A stretch of DNA of 55,348 nt, counting the filler, from Porpidia crustulata (Eukaryota), in NCBI GenBank assembly GCA_964255105.1. It is 5 parts of 5 records of this genome, joined end to end, with 100 filler letters (N's around TTAATTAATTAA, not from the genome) between each part and the next. Parts side by side here need not be neighbours in the genome. Positions count along the whole stretch, not along the records: positions 11,111 to 22,110 come from CAXUWE010000711.1; 4 more parts are not named here. One strand, written 5' to 3'. Below the pieces are notes generated by a model. The model was not told the DNA's origin and made no database searches. It saw only the letters and a program-made list of their open reading frames with translations. Positions 11,111-21,346 of this stretch are shown in pieces (the first letter of the stretch is position 1; the number at the start of each line of letters is the position of its first letter). The position numbers and the translations under genes were made by a program.

Positions 11111-11975
11111 GGTTTGTTCTGGGTTGTTTATTGGACATCGATATGTTATCTGGAGGCCGTCAGGTTGCTCACCTCAGGACTGTGACATTCTGTTGCATCT
11201 GACGGGGTTCAATTGGAGCCGCACCACTGATGGGAGTAATGGGGGCTGTGAGTGAAAGCATTGCATGCTGAAGGATAAAAAGAGAAATTATGGACATGTG
11301 CATTGTAGTCAGTCGTAACCTGGGATACGGCAAGCTGTCGAGCAGCTATACCGAGTAATTGATTTACTTTTGATCGTGTGTAAGTACAGAATACGGGATA
11401 TGGTTGCCACCCATCGAACGTAAACTTGATTTGAGAGATTTCGATGAGACAAAATTTATAGACAGCCGACAAGCGCGAAGCGAGCAAGTCGGACATAGAG
11501 CATACAAGAGAGGTGAAGCTCGCGACACTAGCGGAAACAACTAGGATCCTAGGAGTATAGATGAAGCGCTCTGTCGGATCCCTTGGCTCGCCAAGTGTGA
11601 GCACTTGACTTGTCTTGTTCCAGTTGGTATACGGGTTTACTGGAATTGCTTGAACCCAGCAAACTCCCAGTCAACGGCGACGAGAAGATGTAGGCTAGTC
11701 ATGGTTTAACCCTAACCTCAGAGGCCAACGGCCATCGGCAAAGAGGCTTGGAATATGACGCCTCCAGTAGCCTTGTCCACCGAGCTCACCTTTCGGGAAC
11801 TCAGGCTTTCACAGGCACCAGTTTATGTTGAGATCTGTCGACCGGAAGATTGACATCGAGAGATTCCTGGTTAGGGAAGATGGCTCCATAAGGCGGTCGA
11901 GCTGTCCAGAAATCAACCGAGAGACACCTCAATGAGAGCGACGGGATAGCTGAACACAGATCTGTGATGAAGAAA
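11111..11975 (-). ncRNA. Putative telomerase RNA (TER/TR), 5' portion, truncated by the contig edge; 5' end approximate
   Basis: No credible ORF. Template 5'-CCCUAACC-3' at 11876-11869 would encode TTAGGG. A long hairpin at 11883-11939 ends 6 nt 5' of the template. At least 7 further hairpins have G-U pairs that form only on the minus strand. U-rich UUUCUCUUUUUAUCCUUCAGCAUG lies about 580 nt downstream. Divergent from SNU66. Confidence 0.78.
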
Positions 11976-12183
11976 GGAGAGAAAGCTGTACGCAAATATT
12001 ATTTGTAGAGTGGTGCGCCAAGATTTTATCTTACTAGTCCGCTCTCGGCAAGTGTAAGTTGATGGGATCACGGGATCTTCCGCCTTCGAACTCTCAGCTA
12101 CCACCAGTAGCCGGTTTACATAACCCTTTACTACGACTATCTACTATTTCTATCTCTACCAACTACCTGTACACTCGTCAAAT

Positions 12184-14211
12184 ATGACTGATGCTATATC
12201 AATTGGAGAGACGAATAAGATACGCCTGGCCATCGGGTTGAAACCTCTTCCAGTCCCTGGTGGACATCCTACATTCAAGGCTCCCAAAGATGATAGGGAT
12301 TCTTCGGAGGAAGACGATGTGGGAAGCACTCTAGAATCAAGGCAAGCACAAGGGTACGATAACTGGAAGAAATTGCAAGACGAAGCAGATGCTAAAGCGC
12401 AACGAGAAGCTAAGAATGCAGCCATCAAGAAAGCCCGAGATGCAGCTCGAAAATATACTAAACTTGACGGCAAAGGACTTGGAGAAGCTGATGCAGTTAC
12501 TGAGCTTGACACTAAAACCTGGTTGATTCAGCAGAAAAAGAGACAGAAGAAGTTGGAACGGGAACGGCTACGAAAGCTGGAGCAAGAGCTTGCAGAGAGG
12601 GAGGACGCTCCGGATCATACTGCCGAGGATCTCGCCGGTGTAAAAGTCGCACACGAGTTGAATGACTTTGATGAGGGTGACGAGCAAGTATTGACACTAA
12701 AGGATACTACTATCGATCAGAACGAGGAGGATGGTGACGAGCTGGAGAACCTGGAGTTGAAGGAACGGGAGGTATTGGAGGAGCGATTGCATGTCAAGAA
12801 GAAGAAGCCCATTTACGATCCCAATGATGCAGATGAGACAGGCAACACATCGATATTGAAGCACTACGATGAGACTATCGACGGGAAGAAGCAGAAGCGG
12901 TTTGTGCTGGATGCGCAAGGATCAACGGCAGGAGAGCGTGAAGCGCTCAAGAAGTCTGTGGGGCAACAGTTAAAAACGCAACCCATAGGTTTTGATTTTC
13001 TCAAAGACGATGTGCCAGCCTCCGACTACGCTGCGATGGCTGACGCAAATGCTCGGAAGACCAGGAAGAAGAAGGCAAAGTCTACGAGGCAGAAGGCAGT
13101 AGACAAGGACGACATTTTTCCTTTGGCGATCAGCAACGGTGTCGAAGCAGATATTGATAACATGGTCGTTGACCCGGTGCATGTTGAGCCTCAAAGCAAT
13201 GCGCCTAAACGAAAATTGGATAGTACCTCATTTGTCGACGATGATGATCTACAAGCATCTCTAGCAATACAACGCCGAGCAGCCCTACAGAAGCGAAAAC
13301 GTACGAAGCCTGAAGATATTGCCCGACAAGTCCGAGAAGAGGATAACACTACTCCTGGCCCCCTTGGCAATGGAGAAGACACGCAAGGCGAAGAGGCTGG
13401 GTTGGTCATTGACGAGACTACAGAGTTTGTTGCAAATCTGCAGAGAGCTACCGAGGAGAAAGCACAATCAGAGCAGGACGAGTCTCGTACTACTAGGTCA
13501 CGATCTCTGGCTGCGGATGAGGACCATGATATCGATATGGAAAGATCGGATAATGAGCTCGAAGAAGATAAAGATTTTAAGGCCCGAGTTAAGCGGGAGA
13601 CGTCAACCCCAGTACCATCGAACCTAACCATCACAGGCCTCGAAGACGAGGCCACATTGAGCAACGGTCTCGGCGCCACAGTATCGATGCTCTTCCAGCG
13701 TGGTCTGCTCAAGCCAACCGGCGAGGGGGATATAAACGCTCTACATCGGGAACGCGATAAGTTCCTCACTGAGAAGCAGAGACGGGAAGCCGAAGTCGAG
13801 AGAAAAGCTCGATTACAGCGTGAGCGCGATCGTGCTAGTGGGAAGCTGGATCGGATGTCCCACAAGGAAAGGGAGGAGTATGCCCGCTGGGAGAACAAGC
13901 AGCGTGATCAGACAGAATCAAGGCAGATGCTCGATGTCTTCAACCGGGAGTACAAGCCAGATGTGCAGCTCAAGTACGTGGACGAGTTTGGGAGATCGAT
14001 GAACCAAAAGGAAGCGTTCAAGCATCTGAGTCACCAATTCCATGGCAAGGGAAGTGGCAAGCAAAAGACCGAGAAGCATTTGAAGAAGATTGATGATGAC
14101 AAGAAGAGGGAAGCGCAAAGCTCGCTGGATAGTAGTCAGGCTACGGGGATAAACAATGCTATGGGGACTACGCAGAAAAAAAACAGACAGGCTGGGGTGC
14201 GATTGGCTTGA
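12184..14211 (+). CDS. SNU66: U4/U6.U5 tri-snRNP protein Snu66 / SART-1
   Basis: Intronless 675 aa. N-terminal HIND motif ISIGETNKIRLAIGLKPL and C-terminal YVDEFGRSMNQKEAFKHLSHQFHGKGSGKQK. Confidence 0.96.
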   Translation: MTDAISIGETNKIRLAIGLKPLPVPGGHPTFKAPKDDRDSSEEDDVGSTLESRQAQGYDNWKKLQDEADAKAQREAKNAAIKKARDAARKYTKLDGKGLGEADAVTELDTKTWLIQQKKRQKKLERERLRKLEQELAEREDAPDHTAEDLAGVKVAHELNDFDEGDEQVLTLKDTTIDQNEEDGDELENLELKEREVLEERLHVKKKKPIYDPNDADETGNTSILKHYDETIDGKKQKRFVLDAQGSTAGEREALKKSVGQQLKTQPIGFDFLKDDVPASDYAAMADANARKTRKKKAKSTRQKAVDKDDIFPLAISNGVEADIDNMVVDPVHVEPQSNAPKRKLDSTSFVDDDDLQASLAIQRRAALQKRKRTKPEDIARQVREEDNTTPGPLGNGEDTQGEEAGLVIDETTEFVANLQRATEEKAQSEQDESRTTRSRSLAADEDHDIDMERSDNELEEDKDFKARVKRETSTPVPSNLTITGLEDEATLSNGLGATVSMLFQRGLLKPTGEGDINALHRERDKFLTEKQRREAEVERKARLQRERDRASGKLDRMSHKEREEYARWENKQRDQTESRQMLDVFNREYKPDVQLKYVDEFGRSMNQKEAFKHLSHQFHGKGSGKQKTEKHLKKIDDDKKREAQSSLDSSQATGINNAMGTTQKKNRQAGVRLA

Positions 14212-14969
14212 TCGTGTGTTGTATTGCAGCATCTTGCGGCATGTCTAATCGTCAAGAAATTATTGAAGCATTGCGTTGGGGAGGTAGTCAAACGCTCGTC
14301 TACAGTGACATGGCAATTAATTCCTTGCCAGATTTTTGAGTTGCTGCTTTACAATTGAATTGTGTGCAATGATGGAAGAGTGCTTATACTAGGACATATT
14401 GAATTTGCAGCTCGTTTTCGAAGGATCTGGACGGGGAGTACCTACCGCTTGCATTATCAGCAAGGTCGAGGTTTGTTTTCGTCTGAACGTTTCATTTGGT
14501 AGTACGGTAGACACGGTAAGACGAGGGCAGTCTATCCCGGGTGACCAAACAAATCGAGTCCAATTCATCCACGTCTCCACTTTATCTACTGTGCGATCCT
14601 TCCTCCAGTAGCTTCTCCACCAGCATGCTTTTCTTGCTAGCCAGTCATCCATTTCCCTTTCTCATCTCTCCTTACTTTAATGAATAAATTGGACAAATGA
14701 TAGACGGCCGTGGTCGGATGGCAATTATCATGATTGCGTTTTTCACTACCTAGGTATTACTCTCCAGCTCACTTTCTCATCGTCTTGCTACATCAATTGG
14801 AGAAATGGAAGATAGGCGTGGTTGGACTGTATACGATCGAGTTTATAGTCCTATAATAGGAATTATTCTTACGTGAGATGGAGGTCTTTTGGGCACTGTC
14901 CGGCACTGTTTCGACGATAGGGAGGGGGTTTATTAGTTGGTTACTTGTTCGTGTTTTACGCTTGTGCAA

Positions 14970-15310
14970 TATCAATCGTGCAGCGCCAAATGTGCTTGTA
15001 TCGTATCATGTCGCCTTTGCCTGGGAAGATGAAGCTGAATGGTAAGCTCTAGGGGGAGCAGAGAACAGTCGGGCCTCGGGATAGAATGGCTTCGTAAGAA
15101 AACGTTCGGGTTGGGCGATGTGTAGCGGGATTGCCAAGTTCAGGATCTCCATCGGAGTCTTAGGATTGTAGGATTGTTCTCGCAAGAGCTAATCAGTTGC
15201 AATAGTCTGAATATTGAGATCTGCCTCTCCAACCAGAGAAACAGTTCCGGTGACGGTGGAATTCGATGTATAAACGATGTTGGGCATGTCGATGTTTAGA
15301 GATATTGAGA
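14970..15310 (-). pseudogene. Possible decayed arrestin-N-like gene fragment
   Basis: Manual translation gives SLNIDMPNIVYTSNSTVTGTVSLVGEADLNIQTI followed by a stop, and LPFSFIFP in another frame. Both resemble arrestin N-domain strands. Confidence 0.3.
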
Positions 15311-16238
15311 GCTGATTGTTAAAGTAGATATGCGTAAGGAGTAGATGTTATCGTTACAATATATTGAAACTTTTTAGTGTTATGAGATACTAGTGGTTTG
15401 GTAGTAGGGTTATCGCGAGACTACAAAATAGGAGAAATAGATTGACTCGCTCACTCATACAGAAGAAATCGGGGTACCATTGAGCACCAATACCTCGTGA
15501 AGTCGGACTCGAAACACCACTGTCGATGAATGGAAGGTGCACCAACGGGGCTTTATCTTCAGATTCAACACAAAAATAATATGTAAGTGGAAGTTGAAAA
15601 CATGACATCGATTCTTCGAATGGAAATTGCAGGAATCTTATGGTACGTAGAGCAACAGAATAATTTAATGATGTGAAGAAAACGTCATCAATCGAGAATA
15701 TATGGGGCCAACGGGATATCTGGAACTGTTCATGTCTTCCACCACGGTCGATAATCATAGGCTTCCCCGAGTCAGCGTATCAGACGCCAGCTGGGCACGA
15801 ACAGGTATGACTGATGTAAAGATTGTAGTGATGTAGAAGAGATGGCGAGGTAAACGGGATAGAATTGGAAGGTGAAGAGCAGTGAGAGGGATTGAGGTAT
15901 AAGTATGGAGAAGTAATATATATAGAGATTTGGAGTACTAGGTATACGCTCAACTTGATGAGATACCTACAACGCTGCGACTGATGACAGAAATGAAGAT
16001 CTCCCAGGGACGTCGTATCTTGTAACTTCTGTAGTTGACTTACTAGTACATCGCCTTGTAGATTGCTGGAGGAGAGATGGCCATCAGTTGTAAGACGATA
16101 TAAACTCATCACGAATGAACTCAAAGCCCACAGCGTCTGGAAATCCACAGCAATTGTGTACCAACGTCGCTCACGATCAGTGAATTCACAACAGCAGTAG
16201 GCCATGAAGTTTTTTGACAGACCAATCTATAGCTGACC

Positions 16239-16913
16239 TCAAACCGATTCTTGCGTTCTCGCTACCACCTTCTCACGTTCCTTTATGGCATTGCTCTCTT
16301 GCGCCCTTGCCTGCCTTCTATCCCTTATCACCCGCTCCTTTCTCGCCCTCTCAGTCGCAAACGCTTTCAACTTCTCCGCTTTCCTCGTAACCCGGTCTTC
16401 CTTCTCCTTGGCCACTTCCTCCTCACTGGGTACCTCTAGCCCCATCGCCATCTTCTCCTGCCTGAACCTCTCCTGCACCGCCTCCGTCTGCATAATCTTC
16501 CACCTCAATAACCAACCCTCCATGCCCAACTCCTTGATCCGACCCGCCTTGTTCCCGAGTAGATACTCATCCAGCCCGCCCACTTTGTCGATCGTTCGCA
16601 ACACCCGCGCCTGCACCCTCACCCGTAGGAACTTGCCCATCGCGTCGCTCCAGAGGCGTTTTTCGTGAATGTTGGGCTTCCATTTCCGCCGCGTTTTGAT
16701 CTCGTTGCGCTCTGAGACTTGGTTCCCGAAGCGGATGCTGGAGCCGCCGTAGAGGCCGAAGTTGGATTGTTTGTAGGTGGTGGATGGGCCGTAGGGGTAT
16801 GACGGGACTGGGCGGTGGCGGTGCTTGAGGTTGGAGTCGGAGGGGCGCGCAAGGCGCGAGAGAGTGGTCGTGAAGGATCGAATGAAGGCTAATGAGGGAT
16901 ATGTGGTGGGCAT
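16239..16913 (-). CDS. MRPL24: Mitochondrial ribosomal protein bL28m (yeast Mrpl24)
   Basis: YKQSNFGLYGGSSIRFGNQVSE...KTRRKWKPNI...LRTIDKVGGLDEYLL; ATG at 16913. Confidence 0.93.
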   Translation of the reverse strand: MPTTYPSLAFIRSFTTTLSRLARPSDSNLKHRHRPVPSYPYGPSTTYKQSNFGLYGGSSIRFGNQVSERNEIKTRRKWKPNIHEKRLWSDAMGKFLRVRVQARVLRTIDKVGGLDEYLLGNKAGRIKELGMEGWLLRWKIMQTEAVQERFRQEKMAMGLEVPSEEEVAKEKEDRVTRKAEKLKAFATERARKERVIRDRRQARAQESNAIKEREKVVARTQESV

Positions 16914-17231
16914 GATGAAGTATGAGGTACAAGGTATGGGAGACCAATCCAAGAACAGTCCTTTCGGCACTGTCTAGGCCAAGTTATTGCGTCGGCTGGG
17001 GTAGCTGTTACAAAACAAAATGCCAAATGGCAACGTATAAATTAATCAAATAATAAGGTTGCTGTTATCTATCTGAAGAGTCTTAGTCTAGGGCGTTGAG
17101 AAACCCAGAGCTCAGGCAAGTCGTGGGGCTGCTGAATTTGATGTTGTCATGCGGGTTGCGGAAACGAATTTCTATACAATGCCACCAATGCAACCAAAAA
17201 TTGATATCCACACGGCCATCGTACCCTTGAA

Positions 17232-17956
17232 ATGGCCACTCCTGTGGATCGCCCTCCACCATCTACAGCTGCCATAGCAATTGCGACTGCAATTCTCGCA
17301 GCCTTAGGTGGCTACTTCATTGGCCAAGGCGCGTCACTGGGTATCTTCTCCAGCAAAAGCACCTCGGGCAAGAAGAGTTGGCCTAATAGCTACGATGTCA
17401 CTGTCCATCCTGATTCCTCGGACGAGGAGCTCATGAAAAACCTCAATGGCGGAGAAGAGGAGAGCGGAGAAGGGAGTGCAGAGGATGAAGGGGAGCTAGT
17501 TGAGTCTGGTAAACTGGCAAGCTTCGATGGGAACAAGGAGGAATGCAAGCTTATGCTGGTTGTAAGGACAGATTTGGGAATGGGCAAAGGCATGACTCGT
17601 TTGGTTCTAAAGCAAGAATTGAGTGCAAGCTGACACCCATTCTTATAGGCAAAATCGCAGCCCAATGTTCTCATGCCACTCTCGCATGCTATAAGTATTT
17701 CCTCTTGCACGACCCCAAATCGCGTATCCTCCGTCAATGGGAGCGGCTAGGGCAGGCGAAGATCGCCTTACAGGTCAAGAACGAAGAGGAGCTGGAGACA
17801 CTCCAGGCGATGGCTGTCAGCTTAGGGTTGTGCGCGCAGGTGATCCATGATGCTGGAAGAACGCAGATTGCGAGTGGATCAGCGACGGTTTGCGGAATAG
17901 GGCCGGCACCAAAGAGTGCAATTGATAAGGTGACAGGGCATCTGAAGCTTCTGTAG
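17232..17956 (+). CDS. PTH2: Peptidyl-tRNA hydrolase 2 (mitochondrial outer membrane type)
   Basis: N-terminal TM. Spliced [24 protein letters not shown] and DAGRTQIASGSATV..IGP. One GC-AG intron at 17590-17648. Confidence 0.95.
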
Positions 17957-18387
17957 GTTAGAATATCTTACGCTTTACAAGACGTTTTCTCAAGTAGATT
18001 CGTGGCATAGTCAGGTGTAAGGACTCAATTACTTCTCGGACGTAGTCAAAGAAGAGCACTGACTCATCTATTTGAGATATCCTTCTGCATAACTAAAGAA
18101 ACGATGAAGAGCGACTATTCTGAGAGTGTAAATCAAGCTCTACCCATGAGGATATCTGTGTAATATATACTGTACGCGCCAGCTTAGACCGAGGATAGAT
18201 TACGATACCCCCTTTGAACAAAGGACCTTGGGCGCACCAAGCTGATCACACCTTTCTGCTTGATGAACGTCTCTTTCGCGCATTGTTAAATTCATCTATA
18301 TTTCACTTCATAATTCAAGCAGCCTTCCAAAGCCATCCTGCTTGATTAACACCAGATCTTTTTATAATTCTAGTTATTCTACACATT

Positions 18388-19265
18388 ATGCGCGCCTCAA
18401 CACACCTCTTTCTGGTCCTGCCGGCTCTTGCAGCTGCCCAGCAACAAAAGCCTCTTCTCGAGAATGTCCAGGAACAGGCTCAAGTCTGGTTTGACATTGC
18501 GAAATCGTACCTTCCGGGGGCTGTCATAGCTCCAATCTCAACCGGTGCCGCCAATGTAGCCACAAAGAATGTAACACCGTTGACGACAGACAACTGGGAA
18601 ACTGTCCTCTCAGCTAGTGTATCAAGCGCGAATAAAGGACCGGAGACGTGGATGGTCATGATCTCAGGAGGGAATAAGACCTGCTATGGAGGCTGCGAAG
18701 GCGTAGAGAAAGCTTGGAATGAAAGCGCAGCCTTGTTTGCCGTGGATCCCACAGCACCCAATCTTGCCCACGTCAACTGCGACGTCCAAGCTATTCTGTG
18801 TTCCACTTGGCTTGCCAACGCTCCTTCTATCTGGTATATTCAGCTTCCAATTACCCGTGCCGACCAGTCAAACCCAGCCACTACCATCCACATCATTTCG
18901 CTGAATACTACTACTACCACCGCGCAAGACATCGTTCAAATCCATACCGAGAAAAATTACGAGAAAGCACCTCTGTACGAAGGTGCATTTCACCCTTTCG
19001 ATGGCTGGGTTAGCAAGGCGATGTTAAACAAGCCTATGGGTTATATTCTTTACGCCTTCTCCGTCATTCCTAGCTGGGCGTTCATGATTCTTATCAGCAT
19101 GGGCAGTCGGACTATCATGTAGGCACTCGGAATCTCTGGCGCAAGGTACATGCTAAATTATTTGATAGGAATCGTAGGGTCGGCGGTGGAAACCCAGCTG
19201 CTCGCGATGTAGCTCAAGCACAACGTACGGCGCCTCTCGGAGGTGCCCCGCCTGCGAACGAATGA
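18388..19265 (+). CDS. Secretory-pathway thioredoxin-fold membrane protein (TMX-like)
   Basis: Signal peptide, LTTDNWET, WMVMISGGNKTCYGGC, AHVNCD...LCSTW and a C-terminal TM. Short last exon after an intron at about 19119-19168, ending at TGA 19263-19265. Confidence 0.7.
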
Positions 19266-20286
19266 TTTTGGAGATGTGATACCACTTTACCTTTCAAGAC
19301 TTGTATAAACAGCCATGCCTTGCCTGTCATTGGTTCTGGGTTGGCAGGGCGTGATCGCGGGCATCGGCGAATGGATCAATAAGAAGATGTGATTCCTGTT
19401 ACTGTGTGGTCTCTTTTACTTTCCTCCTCGGCGGGCATACTAGCATGACCAGTGTCGTCTTATACTTATCTGCCATTGGCAATCCGGATCTGACTGCTTG
19501 GCTAAGTGCTATGCGAGTTATACAGGGTATTTGTCTTCAGCCTATTGGTTTAGAAATGGAAAATTATGACATATATGCGCCTGAGAAAGTGGTAAAAGTG
19601 TGAATCCTACTTGATCACAACAAACTCGGGCGCATGACGCAGTGATCAATGCCTATTTGATAGACTGGCTTTCAAGGCTACCTAGTCTCCGTGCGCAATT
19701 GTTCGACTACCTTAATTAGTGTAACGTGGTTAAGTGCTGAGCCCAAGGCCTGACGATTGGCGGTTAAGGAAGAGCCGCGTTAGGCAGGCTCGAGGCTGGA
19801 TCTCCCTAAGCTCTCAATCATCGCCACATCATCTTATCTACAACATTCAAGGCACCGTACCATCACACAGTGCCGAGTTGGCTGATAAGTGAAGACCGCC
19901 GTCATAGTGGTAGTAGGATCTACCCATCGCAATGAGAGTTGTGAATTTCTTTCCTTTTCATGTTGTGTTTCGCCGCAAACGGCTACACGATGAAGGACCA
20001 CAGAATAGTCACGCCTTTCATCTCCTTATATGAAATATTCACTACAAAGCGTGTAAAAGCTCTTGATCTCCCAGACAGTAGCTATCATACTCATTCTCAA
20101 ATTTTAACATTCTACTCTTCATTCTGGACCTCATCAGATCTACTAGGTCTGTCAGATCTACCTTTGTACCGCTTTCCCCAACACGCTGTGGTCGATCTAC
20201 TGGTTCCGAGACGTAAAATCTACTCTACATACGAGTGTGCCCTGCATCGTTGGCAATCTTGCTGAAGCATTTGCTTTATTCGGAGA

Positions 20287-21346
20287 ATGGTCGATAAGCT
20301 AGCAAAGGTCAGTGCTCTGACAAACGATGCCACTGCCAAGAGCCTATACATCGCGAAGCGTGATGCATTCCGAAATAACCCAAATGCCATGAAAGAACTT
20401 GCAAAGTGGAAAGGTCATGATGACGATTTCGACTATCCTATCTTGTAAGCAGTGCCGTTCCGCTCTCATAGAATTGCCTAGTGATCCCGTTGAACTTTGC
20501 TGCATAGCATCCTCTCAAGAGCCTTCGAATCATGTCCGCCTTGGCCTATTTGTAACATAGCTAATTTCTTGCCCAATCTCATAGGACCTGTGGGCTAATT
20601 CCAAAGAGCCTTCGACCCTTCGAGGTTGGTGGCGTATTCTACAGCAAATCCGATACCTTTTTCTCTGTATGTCTGCCCAATTTTTTTAATGTGATTGACC
20701 AGCAACGACTGACATGAGTAACGGAAAGAATTACAAAGCTCATAACAAAAATTCCGTGCTCAGTGAATCTGCCAATTCTTACATCATCCTGAACAAAGAA
20801 AGCTACGACAGACGCCAGTATCCTGAATGGTTTGATGCCAAGTACAAGCCAGGCGTAAATACCCCAGAAGGCCAAGCATTCGCACACATGCTTGTAATTC
20901 CCAAACGGCGAGTTTTGAATGTGGTTGACCCAGAAGCTACCGCCAATAGTGGGGCTATGCTCAAAGAGATGAAGGACCACTTCCGTCAGTTCTGGAAGCA
21001 TGACCATGGTGCCCAGAGAAGCCTCAAGGGTCTCGAGGAGATCCTCGTCAACCGCAACATAGAGATTGCCGAAAAAGGGGCAACTGCAGAACTGTCCAAG
21101 GAACTCACTCTCGATGTGATGACTACTTTCGATAAAATGTCGGCAGCGTATCGGAAACTCGACGCCGAAGACTTCGTGTACGCATTTCATCCATTTCCAG
21201 ATTGTTCCGTCGGCCATCTCCATATGCATGTTTTTCCGAAAGACGACGGATTCCGTGCATTCTCCACCCTGAGACACGACTGGAAAACCATTCCTCTAGA
21301 TATCATCCTGGAAGTGGAGAGCAAGGGTGGCAACCGACTTCTATAG
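20287..21346 (+). CDS. HIT (histidine triad) superfamily nucleotide hydrolase, HINT3/DcpS-C-like
   Basis: HMLVIPKRRVLNV and FHPFPDCSVGHLHMHV (HxHxH). Upstream exons are inferred from ATG 20287 with donors GTAAGC (20445) and GTATGT (20668); the 5' structure is less certain. Confidence 0.75.

Noticed and set aside
11640..11700. Group I intron P/S-like words (AATTGCTTGAAC, AAGATGTAGGC)
   Set aside because: No recognisable Q or R elements or P7 pairing, and no host rRNA gene.
11707..11717. Plus-strand TAACCCTAACC as the telomerase template
   Set aside because: Only about 470 nt remain before the SNU66 ATG, the G-U pairs and GAAA tetraloop favour the minus strand, and no boundary hairpin or downstream U-rich pseudoknot strand is evident on plus.
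11209..12104. Short minus-strand ORFs 11209-11604, 11801-11995 and 11913-12104
   Set aside because: Non-ATG starts, no protein motifs and no coherent splice chain; better explained as ncRNA and promoter.
13191..13898. Long antisense ORFs over SNU66 (and similar ones over NOT1, TPI1 and the SDR)
   Set aside because: Shadow frames of real genes, with low-complexity translations and no motifs.
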